DNA of 64,000 nt from a phage, in sequence record PX423614.1, one strand, 5' to 3'. A program made the translations under genes and the position numbers. Shown piece by piece: positions 36,594-47,539 of the stretch. Position 1 is the first letter of the stretch, and every line of letters starts with the position of its first letter. The notes below the pieces were generated by a model. The model was not told the origin of the DNA. It saw only the letters and a list, made by a program, of their open reading frames with translations, and made no database searches.

Positions 36594-38261
36594 TTACTGG
36601 AACATCCAACTCGTATCTGCCGCTGAAGAAGAAAGAGCACCTGTTAAGCGAGGATTTGTAGTATCTCCACCAACAGCTGCTTCGGCTTCATTCTCAAACG
36701 TACCGAATGGGTCATAGAAACCAGCAGAGGGGATAGCACGGTTGACAAGAGCTGTAGCTCTTTTCTTATCCATACCAGAACCGATATATGCCTCAATTGT
36801 TGCTTTCTTAGCATCCTTCACACCTTTCTCAGCGGAAGTAGCACCAACAGTTGCCTGCTTACGAGCATACGACAGAGCAGCATCAGAAGGACGATAGCCT
36901 GCTTTAAGGGACCAAGTATTACCAACCTTAACAAAGATTGACGGGTCTTCTGCAAAGTGAGCCAAGTCATCAGCTTGGAGAGAGCGGTTAGCACCAATTT
37001 CTGCCCTTGCGGAGTTCATGATAGCCTGCATGTAAGCAGAACGAGCAGTTTGATAATCCTTATCTTTAACAGCTTTGTCAGCTAAATCCAAGTCTTTATG
37101 AGACTGATTAAACAGACCCGCTTTTTCTGCCCACTGCTTAGCAACGGTACCTTCTGCTGTGTTCTGAGCCAGACGAACTTCTTTAGGGTTGAAAGTAAAG
37201 CTCTGAGCAGCTTTCTCTGCACGCTCTGCTTTAACTTGATCACGATATCCAATAAGTTCTTTCTGTTTCTCGAACTGAGCATTAGCACGTTCTTCAGCAG
37301 CACGACGAGTTTCAGCAGCACGTTCCCGCATCGAATTCTCTTGAATCTGTTGACGTCTATCCCACTCACGATTGGCACGTTCTTCATCCTGAGCAGCAAG
37401 AGCCATTTTCTCCTGAGGACTCATCTGACGCATCTTGAGAAGAGAAGGATCTCCCGAAGCAATTGCAGCAGCAACTGAATCTTGAGAGTAGCCTTGTTCT
37501 AACAGAGCATCACGGTTGGCTTCTAGTTGTTGTTTAGTTTCATCCTGAGCAGCTAAGCCAGAACCAATCTGGAAAGCTTCAATAGGGGATTTACCTGACA
37601 TAATAGAAAGACCAACACCCATTAAGCCAGTGTAGAAACTAGACTTCTGGTAGAACGGTTGCTTCTGAAGCTCATTCCAAGCTTGTGCTGGATCTTTAGC
37701 TTTAGCTACTTCCATAATATCATTATTAATACGTTCTTGGTCTTTAGCACGAGTTGCACCAGCCATACCTTCAGGAGCTGGATTACTATTAGCTAGAGTG
37801 TTAATAACATTCTGAGCCTGTTCCACTTGAACTGGAGAGAACTCTTTATCTGTTTCTTCCAGAGGTTTACGAGGAGGAGTAACAGGAAGCGGGTCACTAG
37901 GCATCAACCCAGCAGCTTGTAGACCCTCATCAGAGGATAGATCTGGGTTATTTATAGCAGGAGCTGGTTCGCCAATATCAATACCCTGAAGGCTTGTAGG
38001 AGTCCCTTGATTCTCTGCTTCCATAAGGCGCTGTCTAAATCCCGGATTTAACATAGCTTCTTGGTCTTCTTGAGCATTGGCAACAAGAGAAGACAAACCT
38101 ACAGGAGAAGCAGGAGGTCTCCGGTTATACATAGAAACATCAGCAGCTGGATAAGCAGGTCTTGCCATGTATGGAGAGGCCGAAGCGGCCCCTTGTTTAA
38201 CACCATAAATCTGATTTCTTGGGTCTTGACTGCGAAGATACGCATAAGAAGTTTGTTGCAT
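36594..38261 (-). CDS. virion structural protein (555 aa)
   Basis: ORF track; within structural operon. Confidence 0.6.
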   Translation of the reverse strand: MQQTSYAYLRSQDPRNQIYGVKQGAASASPYMARPAYPAADVSMYNRRPPASPVGLSSLVANAQEDQEAMLNPGFRQRLMEAENQGTPTSLQGIDIGEPAPAINNPDLSSDEGLQAAGLMPSDPLPVTPPRKPLEETDKEFSPVQVEQAQNVINTLANSNPAPEGMAGATRAKDQERINNDIMEVAKAKDPAQAWNELQKQPFYQKSSFYTGLMGVGLSIMSGKSPIEAFQIGSGLAAQDETKQQLEANRDALLEQGYSQDSVAAAIASGDPSLLKMRQMSPQEKMALAAQDEERANREWDRRQQIQENSMRERAAETRRAAEERANAQFEKQKELIGYRDQVKAERAEKAAQSFTFNPKEVRLAQNTAEGTVAKQWAEKAGLFNQSHKDLDLADKAVKDKDYQTARSAYMQAIMNSARAEIGANRSLQADDLAHFAEDPSIFVKVGNTWSLKAGYRPSDAALSYARKQATVGATSAEKGVKDAKKATIEAYIGSGMDKKRATALVNRAIPSAGFYDPFGTFENEAEAAVGGDTTNPRLTGALSSSAADTSWMFQ

Positions 38262-38275
38262 AATTATTCTCCTAA

Positions 38276-39244
38276 TTAAGAGCTAGCTAAGCCACCGATA
38301 ACACCGCCAGCTAAAGCACCCCAAGGGCCAAAAGCTGAACCAGCAGCAGCACCACTAGCAGCACCACCTAGGAAGCCTCCGCTACCACCAGATGTTTTAG
38401 TAGTTGTGGTTGTCCCTAAAGCTCCATTAAGAACCCCGGCAGCACCTAGTTGATTGTTAATATCCTGCCAACCCCAATTAGCAGCATTCTGAGCATTCTC
38501 ATAAGCATTGTTCAAATCAGACTGCTGTTGTTGCTGCTGTTGCAGTCCTGCATTCCACTGATTCATCATTTGCTGTTGTGATAACTGACCAGCTTGGTTT
38601 CCTAGATTAGCAAGATTGGAGCCAATGTTAGATAAACCACCCAAAGCAGATGCTTGTGTTTGTCTATTACCAGAAAGAATGTTCTGTGCTTGAGTTAGAG
38701 CGGAGTCATAAGCACTATTAGTAATATTGGTTGCTGTGTTCTGCATCTGGTTCAGAGCATCACCTTGAGCAAAAGATTTAGCCATACGTGCACCAGAACC
38801 TTGCTGACCAGCAAACTGCTGAGAAATTTGAGGAAGTGCATTCCTAGCCAAACTCTGTTGGGTTTGTTCATTATTCGCTGCAATAGCTGCTTGCACAGCC
38901 TCATCGTCATAGAGCTGGCCTGCAAGAGCACCAATCTGTTCTCCAGTGATTTGACCAGAGTTTGCAAGGTTGTTGTATCCAGAGTATGCGTTATCTAGAT
39001 ACCCTAAACCAGATTGGGCAGCATCCATGTATTGAGAAGAAAGTGCACCTAATGCACCAGATTGTGATAGATTGTTCAGAGCCTCTTGCTGGTTTTGATT
39101 AAGTCCAACATTTTCTCGATACACATAATCGCCTGAACTAGTGTTATTAACCTGATTGACCAACTGATCAATATAGGATTGAATGTAGTCAGGTCTTGTC
39201 ATTTTAGAAGTAGTCTTGCTACTCCCACCACCAAATAAAGCCAT
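38276..39244 (-). CDS. N/Q/G-rich virion protein, paralogue of 39254..40306
   Basis: Shared N-terminus M(A/S)LFG..., Asn/Gln/Gly-rich, poly-Q run, Gly/Ala-rich C-terminus. Confidence 0.6.
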   Translation of the reverse strand: MALFGGGSSKTTSKMTRPDYIQSYIDQLVNQVNNTSSGDYVYRENVGLNQNQQEALNNLSQSGALGALSSQYMDAAQSGLGYLDNAYSGYNNLANSGQITGEQIGALAGQLYDDEAVQAAIAANNEQTQQSLARNALPQISQQFAGQQGSGARMAKSFAQGDALNQMQNTATNITNSAYDSALTQAQNILSGNRQTQASALGGLSNIGSNLANLGNQAGQLSQQQMMNQWNAGLQQQQQQQSDLNNAYENAQNAANWGWQDINNQLGAAGVLNGALGTTTTTKTSGGSGGFLGGAASGAAAGSAFGPWGALAGGVIGGLASS

Positions 39245-39253
39245 AGCTCCTCC

Positions 39254-40306
39254 TTAATTTGCTCCAAAGGCTCCTAGAACACCACCTAAGATATTACTCC
39301 CTGCGGTAGATAACCAGTTGCTCTGACCGTTCTGTTGAGACAGGTTTGAGCCACCAATCATAGGACCAGCCATCCCAGCTTGACCTCCAGAAGCATTGTA
39401 CGAATTCCAAGCATTAGTAGTTTGCTGGTTAGGGGTAAAAGCACCTAGACGACCAGCAATACCAAGACCAGTAACCCCAGCACCAAGGATTTGTTGTGAA
39501 GCATTAGGGGCAGCACCTCTATTAGTAATAGTGTACCCAGCCATTGGACTTACTGAGTTTAATACATTAAGCTGATTGTTAAGCTGATTCCAACCATACT
39601 GCTGACTGCCAATATCATTCTCCCAATTGTTGTTAGCTTGGAGTTGATCTTGCTGCTGTTGAAGGTTTCCAGCAGTGAGCTGATTCTGTATTGCCTGTTG
39701 ACCAGCTTGCACCCCAGCAGCTCCTAGGTTCAGATTCTGATTTGCTAAACCAGACTGAGCATTGAGCAAACCTTGCTGATAAGAGTTGTTATTCAGAAGA
39801 TTACTAACACCCATATTTTTACCCTGAATAGAGCGAGAGAGGTTAGTATTCGCTGAAGAAAGAGCAGCACCTTGAGCAGCAGCGCGTCTCAGAGAGCCTG
39901 AGTCAGAGCCATTGCCAAGAGATACATTAGCAGCAGCTTTGCCTGTAGACTTAGCTAGTGCAGAGTTATTTAATCCAGAACTAAAGTTATTAACATCTTG
40001 AGCAGAGATACCACCTTTATTGACTAGGTTTTGGTATTTCTGAGCCAACTCATTCATCTGGTCTAGCCCTTGTTGAGTCCGAGGGGTATACATCTGACTG
40101 AGTTGGTTAAGTGTGTTAGAGTTTGCTAAATTAGAAAGAGCTGCCGTTTGGCCTTCATTGAAGCCCGCTATATTGCGACTGATGAACCCTTGGTCATTTT
40201 GATTCATAGCTTGGGCATTGGCTACAATCTGTTTCAGAAGAGCATCAACCTGAGAAGACGGAGCTACCGTAGTCTTAGATTTAGGAGCAGAACCGAAAAG
40301 AGACAT
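39254..40306 (-). CDS. N/Q/G-rich virion protein, paralogue of 38276..39244
   Basis: MSLFGSAPKSKTT... similar composition and N-terminus. Confidence 0.6.
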   Translation of the reverse strand: MSLFGSAPKSKTTVAPSSQVDALLKQIVANAQAMNQNDQGFISRNIAGFNEGQTAALSNLANSNTLNQLSQMYTPRTQQGLDQMNELAQKYQNLVNKGGISAQDVNNFSSGLNNSALAKSTGKAAANVSLGNGSDSGSLRRAAAQGAALSSANTNLSRSIQGKNMGVSNLLNNNSYQQGLLNAQSGLANQNLNLGAAGVQAGQQAIQNQLTAGNLQQQQDQLQANNNWENDIGSQQYGWNQLNNQLNVLNSVSPMAGYTITNRGAAPNASQQILGAGVTGLGIAGRLGAFTPNQQTTNAWNSYNASGGQAGMAGPMIGGSNLSQQNGQSNWLSTAGSNILGGVLGAFGAN

Positions 40307-40315
40307 ATGTCCTCC

Positions 40316-41113
40316 TTATCTGTAAATGTCAGTACCTATGCTAGACAGACGTCTCAGCACAGCTTGTGTTTGTGGACTATATCGAGAACCTGCTTGAGTA
40401 GGGGCATGTGCTCTCTGTACAGTTTGAGAGTTAGGCTGTTTTCCTGCAAGCATAGAAGCAGCTGCCAACACAGCATTACCAAAGTTCTGTTGAGGTTTTT
40501 GATCTTCTCCAGACTGTTGTTCATCAGAGTAAAACTCAACAGGACGACCACCCAAAGCCCCAGCCTTGCTTGCAGCCATCTCTGCTTGAGTGGGAGCATT
40601 TGCAGCACCTTCTCTGGCCAATGTGTTAGGGTCAAACTGGTCCACAGGTTGTACTGCTTTCAAAGCACCTACAGGATTAGCCACTTGTGCCGCTGCTGTG
40701 TTCTTATCAAAGAATGGTAGGAACAGCTTATTATTCATTGAATCTAAAGCTTGAGGTGTAAACCCTTTCTTACCAGCAAACATTTGCTTAGCACCACCAG
40801 TCCCTTCTGAATATCCCACCAAAGCCTTCCTCACATCACCGTCAAAAGCTTTCAGGTTATCTCTTAAATATCTAGCACCCATGTCAATATTCTTTGCAGG
40901 GTCTAACCTATCTTCAAGTTTATATCCATAATCTTTAGCCAACCCCTTACTGATTTGCATTAAACCTACTGGCCCTGTACCAGATTCAGCAGAAGGTCTT
41001 CCACTAGACTCTCTCTGAATAACTGCGTGAATGAGAGCAGCAGGAATGCCATATTTCTTAGAAGCTTGCTGAACCAAAGGGTCAAGCTCCGACACTCCTA
41101 GTATCTTTGTCAT
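40316..41113 (-). CDS. lytic transglycosylase (SLT domain) virion-associated peptidoglycan hydrolase
   Basis: IHAVIQRESSGRPSAESGTGPVGLMQI matches SLT catalytic E-S...GLMQ motif. Confidence 0.7.
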   Translation of the reverse strand: MTKILGVSELDPLVQQASKKYGIPAALIHAVIQRESSGRPSAESGTGPVGLMQISKGLAKDYGYKLEDRLDPAKNIDMGARYLRDNLKAFDGDVRKALVGYSEGTGGAKQMFAGKKGFTPQALDSMNNKLFLPFFDKNTAAAQVANPVGALKAVQPVDQFDPNTLAREGAANAPTQAEMAASKAGALGGRPVEFYSDEQQSGEDQKPQQNFGNAVLAAASMLAGKQPNSQTVQRAHAPTQAGSRYSPQTQAVLRRLSSIGTDIYR

Positions 41114-41125
41114 AAAAACTCCTTA

Positions 41126-42157
41126 TCATAAACCTGCAAAAATCTTAGCAGCGTTGATTACAGGGATGGAGATATTAACAGCAGCATTAGAACCTAAGTC
41201 ATAGCTGTTAGACCATTGGAACATATATCTACCATATCCAGTTCCTATTGAAGATCCTGACATGGTATGAGAACGCATTTGTTGATAATACCAACCACCC
41301 CCACTTCCTCTAATAGCTCCAACTCCAGAAGACAGAGGAATCATAGGATAAGCTAAGCCAGTATCTCCACCTGCTGAGCCTACGAAAGTGTCTACTGTAA
41401 AAGGAGACCTATAAGTAGAGAATACGCACTGAGTAGTTCCGGGAGAGTATATATTTAAACCGCCGTTGTGTTCAGGAACCCCAGCACCATTACAAAATAC
41501 AGCAACCCTAGCAAACACAGAACCACCTTCATTAGTGTTGCCGTTGTTATAAGACCTGTTTTGATAAACTCGAATCACCCTATCTCCTGATGTATAAGAT
41601 AAACCAACACCACCATCAGACCAGTTAGCAAAAACTACAGCATTAGGCATATAGAAACCACCAATATCAGGTATCTGTAGAGCGTTGTTTATAGTTCCTT
41701 GCCAAGCCCAGATACATTGACCCACAACCCCAGCATCTGAGATAGAGAAGTAGTCAGCTGTATTAGAGAAGGTTATTCCATAGTTCCTATCAGCTCTTGG
41801 GTAGATTTGATATATATTGAAACCACAGTCAAACAAGGGGTTGCTTCCCGGATTTTGATTTAATGTAACCCTGAACGATGTGTTATTCTCTACATAAATA
41901 TTGTTGACACAATATACATCAGGAATTAAGTTAGGAGGAACCTCCCATTGCCAACAAAGAGATCCTGTTGGTACAATCACTATCTGACCACTCCCATCCC
42001 ACCCGCTAATAGGAAAAGACCTTCCAGCCCCATTAAAGTTAAAACTCCCACTTATTGAATTTTTTATTTGAGGAAAAGTACTTCCGCTATCAATAAAGAG
42101 AGGAGCCGGGGAAGCTGGTCCCGGTCCTACAGGTTGACACCATATTCCATAAGCCAT
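41126..42157 (-). CDS. tail-associated structural protein (343 aa)
   Basis: ORF track; Gly/Ser/Asn-rich beta-type composition. Confidence 0.55.
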   Translation of the reverse strand: MAYGIWCQPVGPGPASPAPLFIDSGSTFPQIKNSISGSFNFNGAGRSFPISGWDGSGQIVIVPTGSLCWQWEVPPNLIPDVYCVNNIYVENNTSFRVTLNQNPGSNPLFDCGFNIYQIYPRADRNYGITFSNTADYFSISDAGVVGQCIWAWQGTINNALQIPDIGGFYMPNAVVFANWSDGGVGLSYTSGDRVIRVYQNRSYNNGNTNEGGSVFARVAVFCNGAGVPEHNGGLNIYSPGTTQCVFSTYRSPFTVDTFVGSAGGDTGLAYPMIPLSSGVGAIRGSGGGWYYQQMRSHTMSGSSIGTGYGRYMFQWSNSYDLGSNAAVNISIPVINAAKIFAGL

Positions 42158-42158
42158 A

Positions 42159-43139
42159 TTACCAACTCCCTATCCTGATTCTCAGTGCACCACTCCCGTC
42201 ATAGAAATCGATTCTGTTCCCATTCATCCAGAGCTGTGCTCCACCTGTACCACCCATCACAAAATCCCCACCAACAGTAAGTCTCCAGTTTGAACCACTC
42301 ATAGAGCCAGCAGTGATCTTGTTAGCTGTAAGATTGGCAATCTGACCATCAGTAATCCACACGTTATCTATCTGAGCAAACTGGATACGAGCATTAGCAA
42401 TCTGAGCAGTTGTGATATTGACGTTCTTAATATCAGCAAACTCTATCTTAGCTCGACCTCCTTCAAATACAAAAGGTGTATTACCCGAGTTACCATCACC
42501 TACAACAAACTTATCAGCTGTAACTTGGAACTGACTATTCGTGCCGTTGTTAGTTAGTTTGACACCAGCATACCTACCGTTGACATTTGAGTTAATTCCC
42601 CACGTAGCTTCGTAGTCAGATAGCTTCATATAAGAAGATAGACTGCTGTTAATGTTGGAGATCTCTGTTTGAACTAAGCCAATTTCCTCTCCCTGCTGGT
42701 TTACGATTCCCTCAACAGATTGTATCTTAACCTCATTACCTTCTATAGAAGTTTTAAACCCTGCCATAGAACTTTCTAGCTTAACTGGCGGTTGTACTGA
42801 ATTATCCCAAATATCTTCAGTGGACAGATTGCCCATCTGTGTTTGAATATCAGCAATAGCTGTTTCGATCTCTGTAGTAATTCTGTTTTCAAGTTCATCA
42901 AATTGAAGATTCATTGCATTAAGAGCTTTAATCCTAACATCAATTTCTTCATGTATTTCATCAATGGCTTGAAACATCTGATTAGTTGCTGTACTAACTT
43001 TTTGTAGTTCATCATAGACGGCAACGTTGTAAGTTTCTGTATCCTGCACATTGTTTAGAAAACCAACATTGTACGGAAGTGTGGTGTTGTTTCTACCAGT
43101 ATTCTTTCGAAAACCTCCAGCACCCATAAGTACCTCCAA
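42159..43139 (-). CDS. tail fibre/tail tip-like protein (326 aa)
   Basis: N-terminal coiled coil then Gly/Asn-rich repeats (IANARIQFAQIDNVWITDGQIANL). Confidence 0.55.
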   Translation of the reverse strand: MEVLMGAGGFRKNTGRNNTTLPYNVGFLNNVQDTETYNVAVYDELQKVSTATNQMFQAIDEIHEEIDVRIKALNAMNLQFDELENRITTEIETAIADIQTQMGNLSTEDIWDNSVQPPVKLESSMAGFKTSIEGNEVKIQSVEGIVNQQGEEIGLVQTEISNINSSLSSYMKLSDYEATWGINSNVNGRYAGVKLTNNGTNSQFQVTADKFVVGDGNSGNTPFVFEGGRAKIEFADIKNVNITTAQIANARIQFAQIDNVWITDGQIANLTANKITAGSMSGSNWRLTVGGDFVMGGTGGAQLWMNGNRIDFYDGSGALRIRIGSW

Positions 43140-43140
43140 T

Positions 43141-43168
43141 TAAAAACAATAAAAGGGGCCGAAGCCCC
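43141..43168 (-). terminator. hairpin with UUCG tetraloop (on - strand) followed by T-rich tract
   Basis: GGGGC-CGAA-GCCCC palindrome; - strand reads GGGGC-UUCG-GCCCC then UUUUAUUGUUUUUA. Confidence 0.45.
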
Positions 43169-43174
43169 TATTTG

Positions 43175-46100
43175 TTATCTTCGACCGCCAACACTAAACT
43201 CTATGGTTAAACCATTCATAGAAGCATTACTGTTAACATCATTATCTATAACATTATAGAATAGGTATGGATGGTTCAGTCTCACGGATACATGACGATC
43301 TGAGCCTACCCTAAACTCTTTAGTTGAGTGATTGTGTCCATACTCGTTTGAGAATTGACTTCCACCGACTTCAAAAGTATAAGTACCTGTACCAGTAACT
43401 TGAGGTCTAAATCTATTAATATGTTTTTGATTCCACTCATTAGTGACATTATCAAAATCAATACCAGTTCTTTCTAACCTCATTTCTAAAGGTTTTTCTA
43501 TAATCCTATCATTGGTTCTATCATAGATGTAGTCCAGAGCACCAACATCCACTTGATAGAATCCCTTCAGGAAAGAGCCAACTATTGTAATCCTTTGACG
43601 GAAGTTATTAGCATCCTTTCTCCAGACTAATTGGTTAATAGAGGGATCATCCCAAGTGATCTCTTGAAAATCTGCCCAGATTGGACCTCTCTCAAGAACT
43701 GGTGGATCGACTAACCCAATACACTGAGCATATGGTATTGTACGGAAAGACCAAGTGTCAAACTCATAATTCCAAACAGCGGCTTTATTACAAGCAAAAC
43801 TCTCTTTAGGCTCTCCCGGACCTACATATAAAACCCAAACCTCTTTCTTGTCTTGGTGTAGGTGAACTCTAGTAGCTAGAGGGTTTACTAGACAGATCTC
43901 ATTAATGAGAAGATTCTTGACTCGGTTAGATGCTATAGATTTTTTAGATGCACCATTATGTAAGATCACATCATTTTGAGTTACTACGAAGTGTCCACCT
44001 TCGACTTCAACTGCACACTCAGGAGCAAGTATGCCAGAGTCATTAAACAGTTTCTTAAACATAAGGGGCTGATATGTGTTATTGGTTGGAGAACCAATGT
44101 AGGTTTCGAACTCCGTGTAAACAAAAAGGTAATCTTTCAGAGGAAGTACATCAATCAAGCTTCCGTTAGAATCTGCTAAATCTATATACCCAGCGTACCC
44201 ATTTTCCAAAGCCTCAGTTTGACCAACAATGTTTGCTGATAGGTCTGAAGTTGTTAAACGATCATAAGCATAATCATCCCAAAGAGATGGAGCTTTGTTT
44301 TCGTTAGCGAAATTCGACCACCGAAGTCTTAGAGGGTAGTGAGTAGTTACACCAGATGCATTAGATTCCCTCATATTCAGAGCAAAAAGTCTGTTGTTGA
44401 ATGCACGAATACGCTCACACTTCCAGTTAAATTTCTTAACAGAAGGGTTGCCATCATTATCAACGACTGTTTGCTCACCCCATCCCGGAAGATCTACGAA
44501 ATACTCAGATTCAAACTCTTTGACCTGTGGTGTTTCATAATGAGTGGTAGCCACTGCACAGTTAGAGATTATGGTGTGATACCAAGGATAGTCGTCAAAA
44601 GCATCATAATCTTTCTGAGTCATTTGACTAGCAGTACAAGTAACTTTGATCTCACCTTTACGAATAGCTGTCAGTTTTAGAGATTTCCCGGTAGTAGATG
44701 TGGTTGAAACATATCCTGCTTTGTCCACTGTCCACTGATAGAAATACTCTCCCTCAGGCAAAGCATTGGCTGTAATTACAATATCTTCCCCAACATCAAG
44801 AGAGGCATCGATGATATCTAGTGATAAAGATTGCAACGGAGTATCGCTGGACATGAGTGCAGCTCGTGCAAAACCTTCCATATCATTGACGTTTGAGTAA
44901 TCATAGAAGTTGTTACCTTCATACATTCCTGAGGTATCAACTCCAGATGGCTCATTAACAAAATATAAAACCTCTTCTGATTCGATAGGAACATTATTGG
45001 TTTCTTCTCGTATAGAATCTACTACAGGTTCTGATAAGGTCATTGCAGAAGTTCGCATCATTCTCCCAGCTAAATCAACCCTCACTGTACAGGTTGCTGA
45101 TCTATCACCCTCTTGAGTAACAGCTGTGATTTCAGTAAACCCAGCTAGTAACCCTGTTATTACCGCTTCTGTACTATTTCCAGAAACTGTGGCAATGGTA
45201 GGATTAGAGGAAGTCCAAGTTATGCTTTTATTGGGAGCATCTGAAGGATTAACCGTAGCAGTTAAAACATACTGAGTACCTCTGCTCATTTGAACGCTTG
45301 TCTGACTCAGAGTGATACTGTCTATCTGAGGTATAACAGTAACTTGACAAGAAGCACTCTTAGTTCCGTTATCAGCAGTTATTGTTACAGTACCCTCACC
45401 ATTAGCAGACAAAGTAGCTGTCAGTGTATTAGCATTAGGTGTTACAGACACAACAGAAGCATTACTAGAGACCCAAGTTACAGGAGTTTTTCCAGTAACA
45501 GCAGTTAGCGTTGTGTTACCACCTTTGCGGACAGTTATTGTATCCTGACTTAAGAAGATACCAGAATCACCATCTATGATGTTTACTGCAATCTGAGTAC
45601 TAATAGATTTATCAGCTGTTGATACAGTAACTACTAAATTCCCTTCTTTTTCATAAGACGTCAAGGTTGCAGTTTTAGAGTTCTCGGTGTCAGCTTCTAC
45701 TTTACCATAAGAAGAATTACTAACCTCCCAAACTAAAGCTGTGTTATTAGCATCTTCAGGAAGAATAGAAACTTCCAAGGTTTTAGTTTGATTGAAATTC
45801 ATTGAAATAGAAGTTTCTTTAGGAACAATCTGAGAAACAACCGGATATATCTTAATAGAAGCGGAAGCTCTTTTTGTGACAGTAGCAACCTTTCGGCTAA
45901 TATCTGTCAAACTTTCATCTGTTAGCTTGTATAGCTTTTTGTCTGTACCAACAATCAGAAAGCTATTACCTGCACTATAGTAGTCAAAAGGCATTGATAT
46001 AAAAGAAAGTGGTGTAATCTCTTTATCTTCTTCTACATAAGAAAGAGGGGCATTGCCCCCCGTCTTAAAAACTCTTTGCTCTACAAAGCGGGCATTGATA

Positions 46101-46192
46101 GCATTAGTGAAAGCATTAGGTGCTAAATCAGTTGGAGCTTGGTCAGCAATAACCCCTACAGCCCCTAAAGATTTTATTGGATAAAGCGCCAT
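43175..46192 (-). CDS. large structural protein with Ig-like (Big_2-type) domains (1005 aa)
   Basis: Several ~80-aa segments with the T-x-T-A / V-T-V pattern typical of bacterial Ig-like domains. Confidence 0.65.
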   Translation of the reverse strand: MALYPIKSLGAVGVIADQAPTDLAPNAFTNAINARFVEQRVFKTGGNAPLSYVEEDKEITPLSFISMPFDYYSAGNSFLIVGTDKKLYKLTDESLTDISRKVATVTKRASASIKIYPVVSQIVPKETSISMNFNQTKTLEVSILPEDANNTALVWEVSNSSYGKVEADTENSKTATLTSYEKEGNLVVTVSTADKSISTQIAVNIIDGDSGIFLSQDTITVRKGGNTTLTAVTGKTPVTWVSSNASVVSVTPNANTLTATLSANGEGTVTITADNGTKSASCQVTVIPQIDSITLSQTSVQMSRGTQYVLTATVNPSDAPNKSITWTSSNPTIATVSGNSTEAVITGLLAGFTEITAVTQEGDRSATCTVRVDLAGRMMRTSAMTLSEPVVDSIREETNNVPIESEEVLYFVNEPSGVDTSGMYEGNNFYDYSNVNDMEGFARAALMSSDTPLQSLSLDIIDASLDVGEDIVITANALPEGEYFYQWTVDKAGYVSTTSTTGKSLKLTAIRKGEIKVTCTASQMTQKDYDAFDDYPWYHTIISNCAVATTHYETPQVKEFESEYFVDLPGWGEQTVVDNDGNPSVKKFNWKCERIRAFNNRLFALNMRESNASGVTTHYPLRLRWSNFANENKAPSLWDDYAYDRLTTSDLSANIVGQTEALENGYAGYIDLADSNGSLIDVLPLKDYLFVYTEFETYIGSPTNNTYQPLMFKKLFNDSGILAPECAVEVEGGHFVVTQNDVILHNGASKKSIASNRVKNLLINEICLVNPLATRVHLHQDKKEVWVLYVGPGEPKESFACNKAAVWNYEFDTWSFRTIPYAQCIGLVDPPVLERGPIWADFQEITWDDPSINQLVWRKDANNFRQRITIVGSFLKGFYQVDVGALDYIYDRTNDRIIEKPLEMRLERTGIDFDNVTNEWNQKHINRFRPQVTGTGTYTFEVGGSQFSNEYGHNHSTKEFRVGSDRHVSVRLNHPYLFYNVIDNDVNSNASMNGLTIEFSVGGRR

Positions 46193-46201
46193 AGTTCCTC
46201 C

Positions 46202-47005
46202 TTAGCTAATACGTCTCCAGATATGCGCTGCTCTGAAAGGCGGCAAAGTGTTGATAGGTTGTCTCGATACATCATCACGTCCAAAACTAACAGAACCTGT
46301 AATCGAGTGAGAGTGAGTGTTAGTATCAGTTACCTGAGTATAACCACCACCCGGACTATACCAATTAGGACTGCTGTTGTGACCGCTAGCATCCCCACGA
46401 CCCATCGTGATATTATGTGAGTGAGAATAAGAACTAACTTGAAAACTGGAACCATTGATTGTAGTAAGAGGCATATTGTCAGCACGGATTGTGTTGAATA
46501 CTCGACCTCCTGTGCCACCTGCTTGGAATTCCACACGCTGGGCGTTAGGAACCGAACCGTCAGGGTTAACAACACCAGTACCCATAACAACACCAGTTAC
46601 TTTAGCCCAAGAACCGAAGCCAAGAGAGCTGGAGTCTCCCGGATTAATATCTTCTTCAGTGATGTAATAAGAACCAATACGGTATAGTTTATTTTGCATC
46701 CAATTCAACATGAAAGCTTCCATCTGACCTTTGGTTACAGCATCTTTATCACCAGTTCCCGGAGTTAAGTTTTTGATCATCAAACCTCCAACATCCATAG
46801 AATCTCCAGTAAAGGAGACCTTGTTTGCTAGGATGTTGAAAGAATCTGAGTCAAGTTGAACCGGCTCTGTGATGTTAGGGAAAGTGTTAATTAAGACTTG
46901 TTTGACCAGTCGTATCTGGGCAGCCCCTTCATAAAGATAGTCCCTATCCCGTGGGTATAGGGGGTTTAAATCGGTAGTAACTACCGCAGTTGTTTCGATA
47001 GCCAA
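46202..47005 (-). CDS. tail fibre-like protein (267 aa)
   Basis: Gly/Ser/Thr-rich with His-rich C-terminal region (SYSHSHNITMG...THSHSITG). Confidence 0.55.
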   Translation of the reverse strand: MAIETTAVVTTDLNPLYPRDRDYLYEGAAQIRLVKQVLINTFPNITEPVQLDSDSFNILANKVSFTGDSMDVGGLMIKNLTPGTGDKDAVTKGQMEAFMLNWMQNKLYRIGSYYITEEDINPGDSSSLGFGSWAKVTGVVMGTGVVNPDGSVPNAQRVEFQAGGTGGRVFNTIRADNMPLTTINGSSFQVSSYSHSHNITMGRGDASGHNSSPNWYSPGGGYTQVTDTNTHSHSITGSVSFGRDDVSRQPINTLPPFRAAHIWRRIS

Positions 47006-47017
47006 AAGGCACCTCCA

Positions 47018-47509
47018 TTAATATTTTCCTGTAGTGTATAGATTTGCTTCTGCAACCCTGCGATTGTGAAGTCCCGGACTCCGCTGCTTTACACCTTTAA
47101 CAGTTATCTTATCCCAACGTAAGAACTCTGAGTAAACATCACCCTTCACATCTCCGTTGATCACTTTCCTAAGTTTTGAAGCTGACAAAGCACCACCACC
47201 AACATTAAAGTTGAAAGAAGTGACAGCATCAAATTCATGAGCTAGCATAGGAACTCTTATGTTTTTCTGAGTAGCACGAACAGAGTCTTGTGTGTCTCTA
47301 TCTAGCAGAGCTAGACAATCCTCTATAGAATACGTTAATCCCTGTCTAACTGGATACCCATTCATATCGCGCGTAGCCCCAACACATATCGTCCAGATAC
47401 CTGCGGAATCTTGGTAAGCACGAGTTCTCATACCTTCATGCTTCATGATGAATTCCATCCCTTCTGGGCTTAAGCTCAGTTGTATCGGTGGCAATGCGAC
47501 ATTATCCAT
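47018..47509 (-). CDS. phage lysozyme (T4 E-type muramidase) candidate endolysin
   Basis: HEGMRTRAYQDSAGIWTICVGAT fits the E-x8-D-x5-T catalytic pattern of T4-type lysozymes. Confidence 0.65.
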   Translation of the reverse strand: MDNVALPPIQLSLSPEGMEFIMKHEGMRTRAYQDSAGIWTICVGATRDMNGYPVRQGLTYSIEDCLALLDRDTQDSVRATQKNIRVPMLAHEFDAVTSFNFNVGGGALSASKLRKVINGDVKGDVYSEFLRWDKITVKGVKQRSPGLHNRRVAEANLYTTGKY

Positions 47510-47539
47510 TTTTCACCTCCCTTTCTAGTTAGCCCTAAG

